Origin: Polymyxa betae A26-41
Lineage: Eukaryota; Protista; Endomyxa: Phytomyxea
Assembly (NCBI GenBank): GCA_003693705.1
Contig: RBZT01000790.1
Coordinates: forward strand, 32,033-96,032
Direction: 5' to 3'
DNA: 64,000 bases
Numbering within the stretch: position 1 is the first letter of the stretch; every line of letters begins with the position of its first letter. The translations under genes and the position numbers were made by a program. The notes under the pieces were generated by a model. It searched no databases, had not been told where the DNA came from, and was given only the letters and a program-made list of their open reading frames with translations. Positions 26,343-40,840 of the stretch are shown here, in pieces.

Positions 26343-26534
26343 AACCCTAATCTTAAGCTGGATTTTGTAGTTCAGAATTGTAGCACGCTTCCTTGGCAAC
26401 AAAAAAGTGCGCCCATTTTTGTCAATTATACAAAAATGCGCGTATTTCTCGGGAAAAAAAAATGAAGTGAAGCGCAAAAATGAAGAAAAAGTGCGCTATT
26501 TAGCAGTGATTTCTGATTCCGAATCTTTCCAGCA

Positions 26535-27072
26535 ATGAATAACGAGACGGTATTGCCGATAGAGCGGGATCTATCAGAAATCGATTCGGGATCCGATGAA
26601 GAGATCGAGCAGCAGATGCCACCTGCCAGACAGGCCCGGCTGATACCGTCAATCTGTTAGTCTGTTATCTGGTGCTTCGCCTTAGTTTGTGAACTGGCTC
26701 CTCTTAGCGCCGCCGCGAGAACCCGAGGCTAGCCCGGAACCGAGCAGCAAATCGGATGTTGGTCATCCGTTTCGGAATCTGTTCCAGAAGGAGTTGAGGC
26801 AGATGATGTATGGAAGTGGTGATGTCAGCAATCCGCTGCCAGAATCGCTCGATTTACTGGAAGACATGACCGTCGATTTTATCACTCAGATGACCAGAAA
26901 AGCTGCTCGAATCGCCGGCAATCGCGATCGTGTTCGCAAGGACGACCTGCTGTTCGCGATTCGCGATCATCCTCGGATGTTCGCCCGAGCTAATGAGCTG
27001 CTGAGAATGAATCGCATTGTCTCTGAGGCGACCAAGAAGATCGATAACACCGATATAAAAAAGTTAAGATAA
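26535..27072 (+). CDS. TAF13: TFIID subunit TAF13
   Basis: LFQKELRQMMYGSGD..PLPESLDLLEDM..FI, DDLLFAIR..P....RA.ELL; 5' exon joined via a GTTAGT..TAG intron. Confidence 0.92.
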
Positions 27073-27073
27073 G

Positions 27074-28071
27074 TTATTTACTATGTTTATTCGGTCTCGA
27101 TTTGTTTTCTTTTCCTGTTGCGGTTGTCTTCTTCGTCGGTATTCTGGTATCGAATACAAACCCTGCTTGTAGAGATGATGGCCGTATAGACGACGAATGT
27201 TTTATAAGCCGTTGGACTTCTTCTGGTTTCTGGTTCAAAAACGATCCATTTCTTGTAAGAGATGCCAATAGGTTATCATTGTGTCGGTTGCTCGGGTTCG
27301 CTTTCGTAGACGTTTTCGTAGCAATCCATCTCTGAACTTCATGTGACGATTTGGATGCCGTCAAACGGTTTACATTCTGAGTATAATCGTCAGCTTTTGT
27401 GGCCAGAAAGCTTCAATCACGTTTTACCGTATCCCGGCTCCTAAAGCTAAACAGGTTTGCTGCTTTTTCTTCATGGATCGCTAGAGTGATAGCCTCGGTC
27501 TGTAGAACCGCATCTCGGGCCTAAACTCTTTCACATATCTAATTGAATCAGGATTGCATTGATACCTTCTTCTGTGCTACCAGAAGCCGCTTCAGATCCG
27601 TTCTGGGAATGCTTCGTTTCCGATAATAGGTTTCCTTGCTGAAATCCATTCCGGTGAATTCGTCATCATCGGATTCCATACGAAGTTCCCTTATCGGAAC
27701 AGACCTGCCTGGTTTAGCACTTTTCCAAACTCCTCCGTATTGTTGTACTTAGGTATGGGGGTAGATAAAGGCAATGGTCGCTTCTTCATAAACGGCAATG
27801 GGAGGTCGTTGTTATCATGATATTGATCATTATCTAACTGAACGTGACACATTCTATTATCGCCATCGATATCGCCTTCGTCGTCGGTTTGCATTTCGTC
27901 GTCTTCACCGAACTCTTCGCGCTCGTCTTCGTCTGTATGAAGCAGCTCTTCATTGCTTAGATCATCGCCCTCCTCTTCGTCTGATTTAGCAGAAGATCCA
28001 CCATCCTCTGCTTCTAGTTCAGACAAAATACGATCGAAGTCGTCTTCTTCGATGCCCGCGGGATTGTCCAT
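27074..28071 (-). CDS. Acidic hypothetical nuclear protein, spliced
   Basis: D/E-rich ORF starting MDNPAG plus downstream exons; family not identified. Confidence 0.55.
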
Positions 28072-28231
28072 CGTGTCTGTTTTGGCGGCAAATAAGAAAA
28101 CAACGCGGCCTCGTGATCTTTTTGGAAAATTGTCGAAAATTCTCAGCAAACTTGTTAGATGTACAGGTAAGAATTCATAAGAGCTAAACATCCAGGCAGA
28201 TATCGATTTGGGAATTGAAATGTTTATTTAT

Positions 28232-30086
28232 TTACTGCCTCGTCTTAAGAACCGAAGCTAACGGCTTCTTGGAGATCAGCTCTCGGGCTGGAGTGGCGAC
28301 CTTCATTGGAACGCGCTTGTTGAATTCTGTAAGCAGTCAAAAACCGATATCTCCACTAACATCGAAAAAGCGACATACTTCGAACGCTTTTCGTTGCTGA
28401 AAAGTGCACTGACTTCGACTTGGGTGTCTTCGGGACGTCGCCAACAGCAGCGTCCCCGGATTGATCAGCTGGTGGGGCTGCGGTGCCACCAGCATCATTG
28501 GATTTGGGCCGCTTCACAGGCGGCGATGGATCCGAGCTGACCGCAATGACCTGCGATTGCTTCCGTCGACGATGCCGACGTCGCGGTCCTGACTCTTCCT
28601 TCTCCTCAGAAGTCGGCTCGGGAGTCGCTGCTATCAACGCATCAGTCAATGTGGCCAGTCGACAGACGTCCCACAATAACACTGACTTTCAGTGGCATTC
28701 TGGTCACTGGCCACGTCATTGGGCGACACTGTAACAGGCACTGAGGGAGTCGCCCCTCCTTCAGTCGCAGGTTCAACGCCGTTTTCGTACGGCTCAGGTG
28801 TCGTCTCGACTGTAAACGCGGTTAATTCAAGTGCATGATGGAATCCTCAACAGGCAGCTCACGTTTAGCATCGTTAACGTTACTGGATGCGTCAATGGAG
28901 GGGGTGCAGCCCGCGTCCAAGTCGGAGATGGGCTCATCGTTGTGGTCATCGGCCACAGGGGTCGTCTCAACGTCCGAGCTGGTGCTGTCGTCGTCCGACG
29001 AGTCCATCAGAGCATCCTCAACCTGGGCCTGAAGCGCGATGAATCTTTTCCGCAGATCATAGAGCGGAGCCCGGGACCGCTCGGCTGACTCGGGATCCGA
29101 GGCGGCATCGAACGCCAGGCTGGCGAATGTGGCTGCATTCATTAACACCAGTGTAATCAGATTTGTAACTTGGACGTCTGCATCCTCTATTGTGGTGTTA
29201 AACAATGTATCTCGGAGGTCAGAGATCCAGAACTGACCGGACGCCATAGCAACGGCCTCAACATCTGCCACGATACGATCAAGAACCACCGTCTTTAGAC
29301 GCTTGAACAGAATCTTGTCAAGACCTTTGATAGTAGTGATTGAAATTATGAGTTTGATGAGCGATTCCAGCACTTGAAAGGCGTGTTCATCATGTGTCTG
29401 AGGAACGCCTTCCAGTGCCACTTCAAGCTGTAAACGAAGTCAGGGTCATTACAATAGAGAGATTTGAGATCTCAAACCTCATCCACAAATATATCAGCAA
29501 CGTGCATGGCGATACCTCGAGTATCTTTCTTATCCTTCACGAAAATAGCCGACCTCAGAACATCAATCAATGAGTCGCATACAGACACCTTTGACAATGT
29601 CAGTAAAAGCAGAACCAGCATGAGCACACCGCACATCTTCAATGTAATCGTTGGCAAGAATGTACTTAAACAAAGACGTCATCATCTTTCTGATCAATGC
29701 TAAGAATTTGTTGAGTCGCAGATGGTCGGTACCGGCCCATTCTCGGACCATGGTCACGAAGAAGGCTTTCAGAAACGGGGCAGCACGGTCCGGAGACAGA
29801 TTCAGCACGATATCTGCCGAAAAACGTGAGAAAGAAGAAGGCGGCGGCGGTTACTGTGTGCCAAACCGGCAAGGTTCTGGGCGAGTTCGTGCTGGATTAA
29901 GGGCTTATCCGACATCCACATACAGTAGTAGAGCGCCTTCCAGAGCTTCAAATAATCCTGTTCGGAAAGCTCTTTGCGTCGATCCAGCCATTGTTTAACA
30001 AGGTTCAGGGCGTCATCGCGGATGGATTTGTCGTTGTGGGCCAGTTTCCGAGCCAACGCGAATTTTTCCTCGACGCTGATCGCCAT
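28232..30086 (-). CDS. RRP1: Ribosomal RNA processing protein 1 (Nop52 domain)
   Basis: LAHND..IRD, LKLWKALYYCMWMSDKPLIQ.ELA, REW..D.LR..KF..LIR. Confidence 0.92.
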
Positions 30087-30266
30087 TGCTCGAGAATTCC
30101 TGGAAGTTTGCTTGCAGGTCGAAGAAAAAAAATTGCGGCCTCCTCACGGACTCCGGGTCGCACGAAAAAATTGCGATTTTTCTGAAAAAGCAATCTGAGC
30201 TTGACTTCTGGAAATAAAGTTTCAAGTCTCCCAATGCATAAAATGAACGAATATATAAATAGTATA

Positions 30267-32372
30267 TTAAGACTTTTTGGACTTCTTGGTGTTGATGAAA
30301 TCGGCCATCGGATCGAACTCTCGAGATCTATTTCGGTGATACTCCTCCAGTTCGGCTTCGGATGGGCCATCAGATTTCAGTAAAGTCGTCGACGATACTT
30401 CTTGCGCAGCACGTTTCGTATCATCCAAACGTCGGTCAGAAGTTTGCTGATGCTGTCGTGACACTGAAAGAGTTGGGCCTAAACATCATCATAAGCGCCA
30501 GCGTACTCGTAAGCAAAAGGGCATACCTGTGCAATAGGCGTTACGATATACTTGATGGCAGCATTGATAGCCCCATTTGCCATCTTGGAAGAACGAACCA
30601 AATACGGAGGTATGGCCGCGTTCGTGGATGTCTTCGTGGTATTTGCTACGCTTCTTGGCTGGCTGAGCACCTTTCAGAAGCTGTCCAAATCATATCAGGG
30701 GAAACATCCATTCGAACAACGATATCGTGACCTTGCCATCTGCCGAATACTCGACATATGTTTCGGACTGGGCAACAACAGGTGCCTTATCACGAATATA
30801 TTCTTCTCCGCCATACTTGCCCAGAATCGTTTGTTTCTTGACTTTAGCAGCTTCTTCCCTAAATGAACTGTAAGATCCATAAAAAAACTGAAGCGTGGGC
30901 ATTACTTTTTCTGCTTATGGATCTTGAACAGCATCTCGGCTTGTGAAGGTGCCGCAGTCGGATGTATGACAAGATCCGGGTCGGCCTTCTGTTCAGCCTC
31001 CCAGGCGAAACTCGCCAGCTCTGTGAAATTGCGAATATCGCCGCTAGAGCGAACGAAATTATCGCCAGCGTAACCCACCTAAGCTGACAGTTAATGCAAT
31101 GCCAAAAGCAAACTTCGAAATATTCGACCTCATCAGGTTTGGCATTTGGATGGGGATTCTCTCGCATGGAGCGCGACTTCGAATCATAGTAGGCGGAATT
31201 GACATCGAGATTGATGAGATATTTGGCGCGATCTTCACGAATACGAAGATTACGAACGGTCGTTCGTGTTCGAGCGTCACGCTTCTGGATGACGACACCG
31301 GTATCCTTCAGGTCGTCGGCCTCATCCGATAACGATCCATCCCTGTCGGAGTCCGAATCGGAGCTGCCGTCGGATTTGGCACCATTGAGCGGGGCCTGTA
31401 CGACCGCTTGAGATGGGCGCTAGACGACGGCGATCGAAGCACCAACCTGTTCGAGCTCGGCGGTTTTGCGAGCCAATCGGGCTTCGTCGGTGCGTTTAAA
31501 ATGATCGATGACCTCTTGGTACATTGTTGAATCATAGCCGTTCCAACGGTCGCGTTTCCCATCGTACGACAGGTCCACTTGTTCAACGATCTGGCAATAG
31601 AAGTTTAGTACTAAAAAAACTGAAGCAAAAAAATTGTGTAAGAAGGCCACTTTTGAAAAGAGATGAGCAAAGATAAAAGTATGTTGAATTAGACAAAATT
31701 TAATATGAATCCTGAGATCTGTTTCATGTAATTTGGCAGCATGAAGAATCAGTAAACAAAGCACCAGACAGGAAAAGACAAAAATAAAACTCAGTTTTTG
31801 GGAAACGGGATTACGTCTAGAAATACGAATAGGCGTGAGCTACAACAAAATTGGGAAAACGAACTAAAAAACATGCGATAAAAAATTTGCTGGCAATATT
31901 GATGAAAAATAAAACAAAGATCCAGATGATTACCTCATCTGGGCAGATATTTTTGTTGGTGAGAGCAGCACCACGTTTTCGAGGTCGCTCAACACAATCT
32001 TTGGCCTGGTGAGAAATAGCACCACAGTTCTGACAAGCTCCTTTCCGATATCCTTTCGCGACGCTCCCTATCAAGCCTCGTCGTCGGTATCGGTGAATAT
32101 CAGAGTCCTCGGGAAGACTATCCGCCTTCTGGTGTTTCAACGAAGGATGCGCCGCGTTTAAATACCCTAAAACGCTTTCAGAATTTCTGAGAAAAGCAAA
32201 CCTGGGTAGACGAACAAGGCGCCTGCGAGATATAGTTAGGAATGTGAGGGTTAATCATCTTGCCATCTTCGTCTAGGGCGGCAGGAGCCACACCCGACTT
32301 CCGCAGCTCCTCAAGCTCACGCTGCTTCTTGAATTGTTCCCGCGTCAGGCGGTTATTCGCTGACGACGCCAT
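30267..32372 (-). CDS. SLU7: Pre-mRNA splicing factor Slu7
   Basis: [30 protein letters not shown] zinc knuckle, [25 protein letters not shown]. Confidence 0.95.
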
Positions 32373-32556
32373 CGCTATCTGATGTCTTTTGGCAGATTTC
32401 GAAACGAAACGCCACGCAGCTGAAAATTGTGCGAATGGCCGAATATATGTTAAGAGTCGCCCATTCACCAATTCATATAATAAGCATACGAAAGAAACAA
32501 TCAATGATTAACATCTAAGCTTTATAAATATCACATCGCGCGCATCAACTGAAACC

Positions 32557-34161
32557 TTATGAGCCAGATCCCAGAGGGGCTAGCTCATCCGGATTACGAC
32601 TCTCTGTGCCCCTGACCGTAACTGGTAAGCGCCAGCTGAACCGGGCCAGGTTTGCTACGTGTGGGCCTAATGGGAATATACACAAAACTACAGCAATAGC
32701 CACTGATACATGTGCCATTTGTAAGATGGCTTCCGGGAGCAGAAACGCCACCATAGGATGCCGAATATTGCCTCGATTTTCAGCAAAATTTCTAAGTATT
32801 ATCAGTATATGGACATCAATTGGAAACATAGCTCACATCGAGACGGCACAAATTGCGGCGAGCAGGATCAGCATGGCCGCCATGAACATAAGCAGTCGGT
32901 CGAATGCAGCAGCTGACGGCGTACGAGGACGTGTCCCATACAGAAGGGCTTTAGTCCTGAGCGCTGGCCGTATTAAGAGCGTTAGAAATGCCACATCAAT
33001 CAACATGGGGACGAAAAACGGCGACAGCTCATAGGCCTGGACGAATGAACCCGCTGAAAGATTGAGCCAGCACAACGCCTGCCGTAATTGAATAAACGCT
33101 CAACGAACATCGAAACCAGAATTACCTGAATGATGGCGTACAGTGAGGCGTATACTGCCAGATGCTTCTGATCGATCGGGGATATATCTGCGAGCCGAAA
33201 TCCAGAGCTGAGGCCATAGCCGTAAAGCGCCACTGCCGCCGACAGCAGCACAGCAGTGCGCCGAAACAGGGCGCAGAAGAGCGCGAGCGATTCTAGAGAG
33301 GAGTCGCGAGTACCACTATCGTTATCGATTGCCATTGATTTGGTCCAGAGCGAAAACTCAACAATTGCCAGTATCATGGCGACGATGATGAGACCGTGCC
33401 CCCGATGGATCTCATTCCGAAACGGGATTAAAGCGATAATAATGGCGACCAATATCACCCCAATCAGCCAGATCGCGAGATGGTAGAATGTGGAAAGGTT
33501 ATACAGATGTAGAGGGAGAGAACCCCTGGCAGACTTGATTTCGATCGATCCCGAGATTAGAGCAGCATTGGGGCCGCAGTTCGAGAACACAAGGGCATGA
33601 GGCCCGGTTGTGTTCAGCCGAAGCTGACTTCGAAATTCGGCGCCAAATGGAATCAGATAACGCGCGACCACTTCCTGCTGCTTCGGTAAAACCAGCAAAC
33701 CTTCAGTGGGACATAAACCAGCGTGACGATACTCTTCCGAGCAGCAAAATGAAAGCTAATTAGAATAATGAAAAGGCTGGGAAAGCTATGGTTCAAGGCG
33801 CTTACCACACCGGGATGCAGGCGCGACTTTCCTGGAAAGCTCAGAATTTCGTTTCCGAACATAACGAGGCCTTCAAGATATCCATCGACCTTGTTTGTTT
33901 TCTTAATCGAAACTAAATGCGATAGAATTAGAAAGCACATAAACAAAAATAACATCCAGCTACAATGAAAGTCGACAGTAGTGGTACTGTCGGCAGCGAA
34001 GAATCGCTGACGGAGAGACTGACTATGGACCTGGCCCATGCGTCAGCACCATGAGGGCGCCTTCAGTAGTCCAGGCCTACCTTGGCGTTATCATACTGGA
34101 GCCGGATGGCCGTCGCCGTCCACGCCGCGGAGAGCAGGACGACCACCAGCGGCCAGCGCAT
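32557..34161 (-). CDS. GPR107/TMEM87-like (lung 7TM family) membrane protein
   Basis: Signal peptide, lumenal NC..G.LP segment, multiple TM helices with RR....V..GYG. Confidence 0.55.
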
Positions 34162-34489
34162 AAGCAGCGGGATCGATCCGTACTGCGTGATGGCATCCGA
34201 TGGTTCCTCGTCGAAACAGCGGCGACTCCTCCGATGAATATTACAGAATGATCGCGAAAACAGCCCTATAAGGGAAGGTCCGCATCCATACGACCCCATT
34301 TCGCCCCAATGGGGCTCCGCCACATCAGGTCGCGACCGTGATCGGACTGTGAATCGGGGCTGGGGCTGTGAGACTCAGGGGGCAACCCGCTTTGCGTTTC
34401 AATGGGGAGTTGGTCCCCCCGTCTCCACCCCAGCCCAAGGCCTTCACTCTCTGTTGGCACCGCCTTCGTCGATCACGCTCTCGTTATTC

Positions 34490-35642
34490 ATGGAAAACGC
34501 AGGGTTCGTGGCGCCGGTGGCGTACAGCTTGTCGGCCCCGCCTCGGGTCCTGATCGAGGAAGAACATGAGGATGATTCGATGGGGTTTCCTGGAGTCATC
34601 AGATTCGACCCGGTGGGTTCCATGGCGTCGTTTGCTTCGTTGCCGATGGGGAGAACTACAAGCTGGGGAGAGGTCAATATCTGAAATGTACCTTTGCGTA
34701 TCAGTCTGAATGTCATTTAGGTGATCGGGGAGATACCCCCAGATATCGTCATAAAAGATGAGAAGTTCGATCGTAAGGAAACAATGAAGATGTATATGCG
34801 AAACTATCGCCGCAGGTTTCTATCCGATTCGTTTATGCACAGAAAATCTTAAATGCCTTGACAGGCAAAAATCTTCCCTTGATGCGCTACCTTCTCATGA
34901 AAGGGAGCTAATACAGCAAAAGCAACGCGAACGGGTTCGTGAACGGGTTCGGAGGCATCGTTTGCGAAAGAAGCTGAGAGCAACCGGATTAGCACACGAA
35001 GATATCGAACAGAGACTCCAGGAGCTGGTGCCATCGATGGCTAATGGCCGCTCTGCCTTCACATACGGCCGAAATCAATCAAAGGTGGCGATTTGCCTCG
35101 ACGTGCCGATTGCTAAAGCGGCTTCAATCGGGAGCCAGCATCCTGCTGGCTCTTTGCGCGATCAGCTTCCTGATGTCCTTTGCAGTCAGGCACCGTTCGT
35201 CATGCAGCAGAATTTTGTTCCTGGCCAGTCGGCAAGATTTGACTTCGATCAAAGAAGTGACATGTCTTATTCGGGAGAAAATGAAGACGTGCAGAGCTCA
35301 GATGTAAAATTATCGCCGTCGTCTTGGAGTACAAATCAAGTTGGCGTATTCCTGGATGGGTTGGAGCTAAGTCATTTAAAGCCGGCATTTGAAAGGAATG
35401 CGATTGATGGCGTTGCGTTGCTGTCTTTGACGACGGCAAGATTGTGTGATATGGGCGTTGGACCCGATGAAATACGCGAGGAATTGCTGGTTGCTATCGA
35501 TTCACTCAAAAAAGTGTCGATGTTCTGTTAAATTCCACATCATTGTTGCTATATATTGTAGATTAGGTCTATTGTACATAAACACCATAAATGTTCAAGA
35601 TGCTCTCAACGAACAGTATATTATCCGCAATATCATGTTTGA
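34490..35642 (+). CDS. SAM-domain protein
   Basis: WSTNQVGVFL..L.L....AF..NAIDG.ALL.LT...L..MGV. Confidence 0.75.
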
Positions 35643-35664
35643 GCAGACGGCATCTTCCGTTTTG

Positions 35665-38600
35665 TCAGCTCGTGTTGTCTTCAGTTCGTTCACCGTCATC
35701 TTCGCTTGCACTCCTATCGGCATTAGTGTTGTCGTCGTCAACTTCTATCCTAACATTTTGCCAGTCAGTTTTGAATATTTGCAACAGCCAGCCATACCGA
35801 TCGTCTTCAGTTCGTTCTAAAGACTTTGATTTAGCTTTGCCGTGATTCTTTTCCTTTTTCCGTTTATCCGTTCCTGCACCATCACCAAGCACTTTGGAAA
35901 CCGAAAACCTGAAATCGAACGCAGCCGACCGAGAGAAATAAGATTCCAGTTGAGCTCCCTATAAAAACAAAACAACTTATGACACATACAGCCTTCGTGT
36001 TGACTTTACCTTGGAAGTTTTAGAAAATCGAATGCAACTGTGCTCAAACTTCTCCATGTGACTGGTTAGTTCGGGAAGAAGCTTTTTCTCGCCTTCGATT
36101 CTTCTTTTAGTAGCAGATTTCGACTGAGGTCGCGTTCCAACATCAACTTCCTAGAAATTGCTTCACTGATTGTTACAAGCACTGTACAGCAGCATTTTTA
36201 CCTGATGGAATTTGACCAGTGATTCTAAAAGCGATATTAGTCCACGATTCCGAAATCTCAACGAAAATTACCGATTGCAGGGTTCAGCGTTCTTCCAATG
36301 AATGAAACCATTTTTATAAAGCGGGAATGCATATCATGGCGCTTCGCTGAAGATACAACGGCAAGAACATTGATGGCGAGCTTGAAAGCTCGTATCAAGA
36401 ATCTGAGGACGTTCTTTAAAAGGTTAGGATCCTTGCTCCTGATTTTCACAAGCTCATGGGCTATCTAGTGAGAACGTGAACCGGGGAATGAGAAAACAGA
36501 ACCTGAATTGAGCATACCTGAAACGACCTATACAGTAAAAAGGTTATCGAGTCTAGGAAAGTCTTTGCACGAACGTTTGCAAACGGCGACGAATAGTCGG
36601 TAAAATGATCTGCCAGGGTCTCCTTGAGCCGCAAATCTACTCTAAAAACGTTTAGAATGGCCGCAATTCAATTACTGTACATACTGCTTTATGATACCAA
36701 GCAACCATTCGGCCAAACCAAATTCCGATTCCAGTAGTTGCAGTATCCGAGCAGTTATTGCAGGAACTGTGGATTCACAGTTAAATCCGTACTCAGTTGT
36801 AGCAGTCGGCAGTATGTCTTCCTTAATGTCTCCCATAGCCGTAATGCAGTCTTGGGCAGCTCTAAATCAAAAACTCAGCAAAATTGGTTTGGTCAAAGTT
36901 TAAGTGACTTGCCCAAATAAAAGCTTGACAGATCTCTCAAAATCATAAATCGAATAACCATAGGAAAGAAGATTTGTCGCCAGCGTCGAAACAGAAACGC
37001 TGCGACGGTAAATCTTCGATGAGTTAGTGCATGAAGGCGAACGTCGCAACAGCAGTTTTACCTCAGAAATCCAATCAATTCGGGGATCGAAATTATTGTT
37101 GAAATAAGGTATGCAGACATCCAGCATCATGAGGATAACCGACGCTTCATCTGTTAAAATAATATCGCGATCGTTACAGGTTTTAGAGAAGACTTCCTCT
37201 AAAGTTTCGAAGAACAGGTCCGGATTATGATAGTTAGGTTCACGCCCATCTTCAAATATGATAACATCACAAAGCGAAATGGATTTATAGAAGTCCTCAA
37301 ATGCTTGAGAGCCGAAAAAGGCCGCCTTGCTTAAAAGTTGATGAAATAATTCTAGGCTGGATAAAGCAACCGATCCTGACTTCCCAGGTCTCCGGCTAAT
37401 CGTGCCATTCTTAATTTGCTCTTGAGAGGTCGATAAATCGCAAAGACAGTGCCGGAAAAGTTTTGGTGCAATATCGCAACAGGCAGATAAAAATGTTTCG
37501 CTTTGCAAGGACGTTCGAATCGACGCAAAAGTGCTTTCCACATCAACGAGGGCAGTAGACAAGCAATATTGAATGAACTCTGGATTGTCAAGCAGGGCAG
37601 CAACGACGTCATCAGGTGCCTTTCTTCTGCTATGACCGTTCTGTAAAGTAAGAAGTCAGTCCAACTTGGCGGTATATGCCTACTGCATGCATACACCGAA
37701 ATGCCCGTAGATAGCGCCCAAAACCAAGCTGCACGCTTTTAGACTGAAGTACGGTAGCTTAACGCACGATTTCTCTGGGGATTTGCGTTTCCCAGGAATT
37801 CGAGAAAACGCACTCGATTTGAGATGTTCGTATGTCTTATAAAACTTAAGCACCTATATTTTGTCGGAAAAAAGTCAACCAGAGCAGTTACATCGGCAAT
37901 ACCTGGGTAACAGTGTCCATGTCTAACTCGTCCGCGGTCATCTAGGTGAGGATTAAGCCAAATCACGTAAAGCAAACGAAGGTACACTGACGAGTAGATA
38001 ATTGATGGCGATTTCATGTATTTCTAGCCAAAACAAACTAGACAGACGCAAATTGTCACGAACAATAGAGTCAGAAGCAGAAACAGAGGCAGTCCTCTGG
38101 GATTGGGTAGCAGCTTCTACACGCTCAAAAGCAAAATCTTCTAAATTGCATTGACCTAACCGGTCCAGAATGTGTTTGACAAACGTGTGGCCATTTTCAT
38201 AGTAACCACTTGAAGCCGAAGATGACTTGAGGACCAGTAAACACTGGCAGAAATGGTGAAATAATGAAGGAAGTGGCTCAATCACTGTTCCAGATTGTAT
38301 GCAATGATCAATGCAAAAAGGCAGTTTCTCATTCCGATCAGATTCGCTTAAACTCGCCAACTGCGTTTGTAAAAATCCGAAGATATTCCCTCGCAGCAGT
38401 TGAGACCCGGAATGGAAGCATTTCTGTAGGCATGAATATAGATGTGCACGAATTTGGGGTTGTTGCGAGAGAACGCGATGGAGAAGACCTTTAAACTCCA
38501 CAAAGAGTTGTGAGTCGGATGCCATTGGGGACATTGACGAAGAACTGGCTTGGCTGAATTGCACTTGCGAGGCCTGGACCCCAGACATGCTATTTACAAG

Positions 38601-40382
38601 CGTCAACATGATATCAACTATTGAACGTTAGAATTGAGGTCGAATAAAACAAAACACTAATTGCTTTACCAGCCATAATGCGGTGATGCACATGTCTAGA
38701 GATTAAACTCTTTCGGATGACAATCGTTAGTGCATCATTCAGATCCTTTCGCTTTTTTATGATAGGAACCAGGCTTCGGATTAGTTGACAGGAATTTTTA
38801 GGAATCATGTTCATCTGAGTAACTTTAAAAGTTTCCAATGTGCATATAAGCAACCATGCTTACGAGATTGTCAAACGAATTCCGAATTTGCGGCACCATA
38901 TCGAAGAATACAACTTCGTGACGCGCAACGAGCTGCCCGAGTAACACCATTGCTGGGCTAAAATCACCTCCAACCAGCACATTGGTGTTGTCACATTCAG
39001 GTTCGCAGTCGTCAGAGAGGATGCAATGGAAGACTCGATTGACGATTGTTGTTCGGCTAGCTGGGTATGAATTGAATATCGATAAGAGTGCTTGTAAAGC
39101 AGCACGAACAGCTAGAAGCTTGGGATTGAGGTGCCTTTTGTTGAGAGACTCAATAGGAAGAGTAATAAGGGCAGGGTGACTTCCTCTACAGGACTTATCA
39201 TAAAGGGTGAACAGCTCGATGCAAATCTCAACCAATTTGGGGACAAAGAATTCCCATCCCGATTCACAATATTGAACCATGAGGTCCAAAACTTCATCGA
39301 AATCTTCGAACAAGCCGATATCATTGTCATCAATAGGATTGGAGTTCTGTACAACTTTTTTGAACAAATAAGGAACGAAATTCGAAGTAGATCTCGATAA
39401 CACGAGGCGGTAAGAGTCCAAAGCGTAACTAGAAATATACGAAGAAATTGCCTTTTGATGGCGATTGGAATCCATCAAGGTTAGCAGCAGAGTGAACGCA
39501 AACGGCCCAAAGCGGATGGCCCGATATTTTAGCAGCTTCAACAGCGCGTCAGCTAGCTGATGATCTTGCTTCGCTGAAAAACTGAATGATTGTGCAGCCT
39601 GTAAAATTAGCAGTTGGAAGAGTGATATTAGCAGATTACGCACAGTGGAGATGGCATGAAGTACATTGGTTTTCGCTTCAAAAGAAAGCTTATGCGACCG
39701 TATGACAATTGATTCGCAGGAAGAAACGAAAGCCTTCATGATGGCTAAGGAGTGGTTGGGCAGTTTCTCTGAAAGATATAGAAAGTTGTAACAAGATGAA
39801 GGGATATCACAGGCGGCACAATTAACAATCCCATTGCTGAAATTTGTCACTATAGCATGGACCGTATCAGAAAGCTTGTCATCGGCTGCCTTATCGTCGA
39901 TGTGAACATCGCGAAGAAAGTACAGTATCCGTACTAGCTTAGTTCCTGTCCATCTACATCGCTTCAGTTCATGGAAAACCTCCTGCTCAAATTCCAGATG
40001 GTCCTTTGAAGACGTCGGATCACCTTCATCTTCTGGCCTCATACTCAAAAGTAGTGATGATAGCAGCGTCAGCGACTACATGAATAGTTAGCTAAGACTA
40101 CATTATCGCTGTATACTTTACCTCGGCACCATCACGTTCAGTTACTGCTCTAACGATCATATCGCAAGCCTTCCGACGACTAATGAAGTCAGCAGAGCTG
40201 ATATGATGAGTAACTGCATTCACAATATCCGTCGTCAAAGGCTGGCACCACCTCTCGCTATCTATCGGTGCCAGCCACCGGATCGCTTCGAGAAAGGCGT
40301 CAGGTGTATCGGTAAACAACTGGCCTAGAGCTCCTGTGCCTTGTTTGGCAGCATCGGAGATCAGCGACAGACGCGTTGTCAT
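35665..40382 (-). CDS. FANCI: Fanconi anaemia group I protein
   Basis: DAL.IVIRKS, SQ cluster (ASQVQFSQ), LHRVLSQQPQIR..LY, IEPL, KKLLPEL...EKFE...RFSK. Confidence 0.85.
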
Positions 40383-40639
40383 CTAGCTTGAACTAAACGA
40401 TTAAAGTAATGAGAAATAACGGTAGCACTGATGCTCCTTTCAAACAAATTGCAGAAGAGGCCCACACCCCGACTGTGAAATCGTTTCAGGATGACAGATG
40501 GAGGCTGAAGGACCCCTCACGGCAAAGACGCAGTCGGAAATCCGGCCAACGGATGGAGTACAATTCTGCATCCGGCATTGACATCAACATGACTAAGTAA
40601 CAGCGACAGAAATTCATTGAATTCTTTTACAGGAATCAT

Positions 40640-40840
40640 TAGAAGGTTTATCGACAGCGTCGGCACAGAAACATTGAGACAGTTTAGAGAGTGAATCAAC
40701 GTATCTGAGGGTGAATATCACGGAAGCGGAGAATCCAATCAATTCGAGGGTCAACATGATTCGAGAAAAACGGTACGCAGACATACAGCATCATCAGCAT
40801 GACCGACGCTTCATTGGCCAGAATAACGTCACGATCGTGA
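40640..40840 (-). pseudogene. Diverged partial duplicate of an internal FANCI exon
   Basis: RDVILANEASVMLMMLYVCVPFFSNHVDPRIDWI versus FANCI RDIILTDEASVILMMLDVCIPYFNNNFDPRIDWI (about 36980-37175). Confidence 0.85.
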
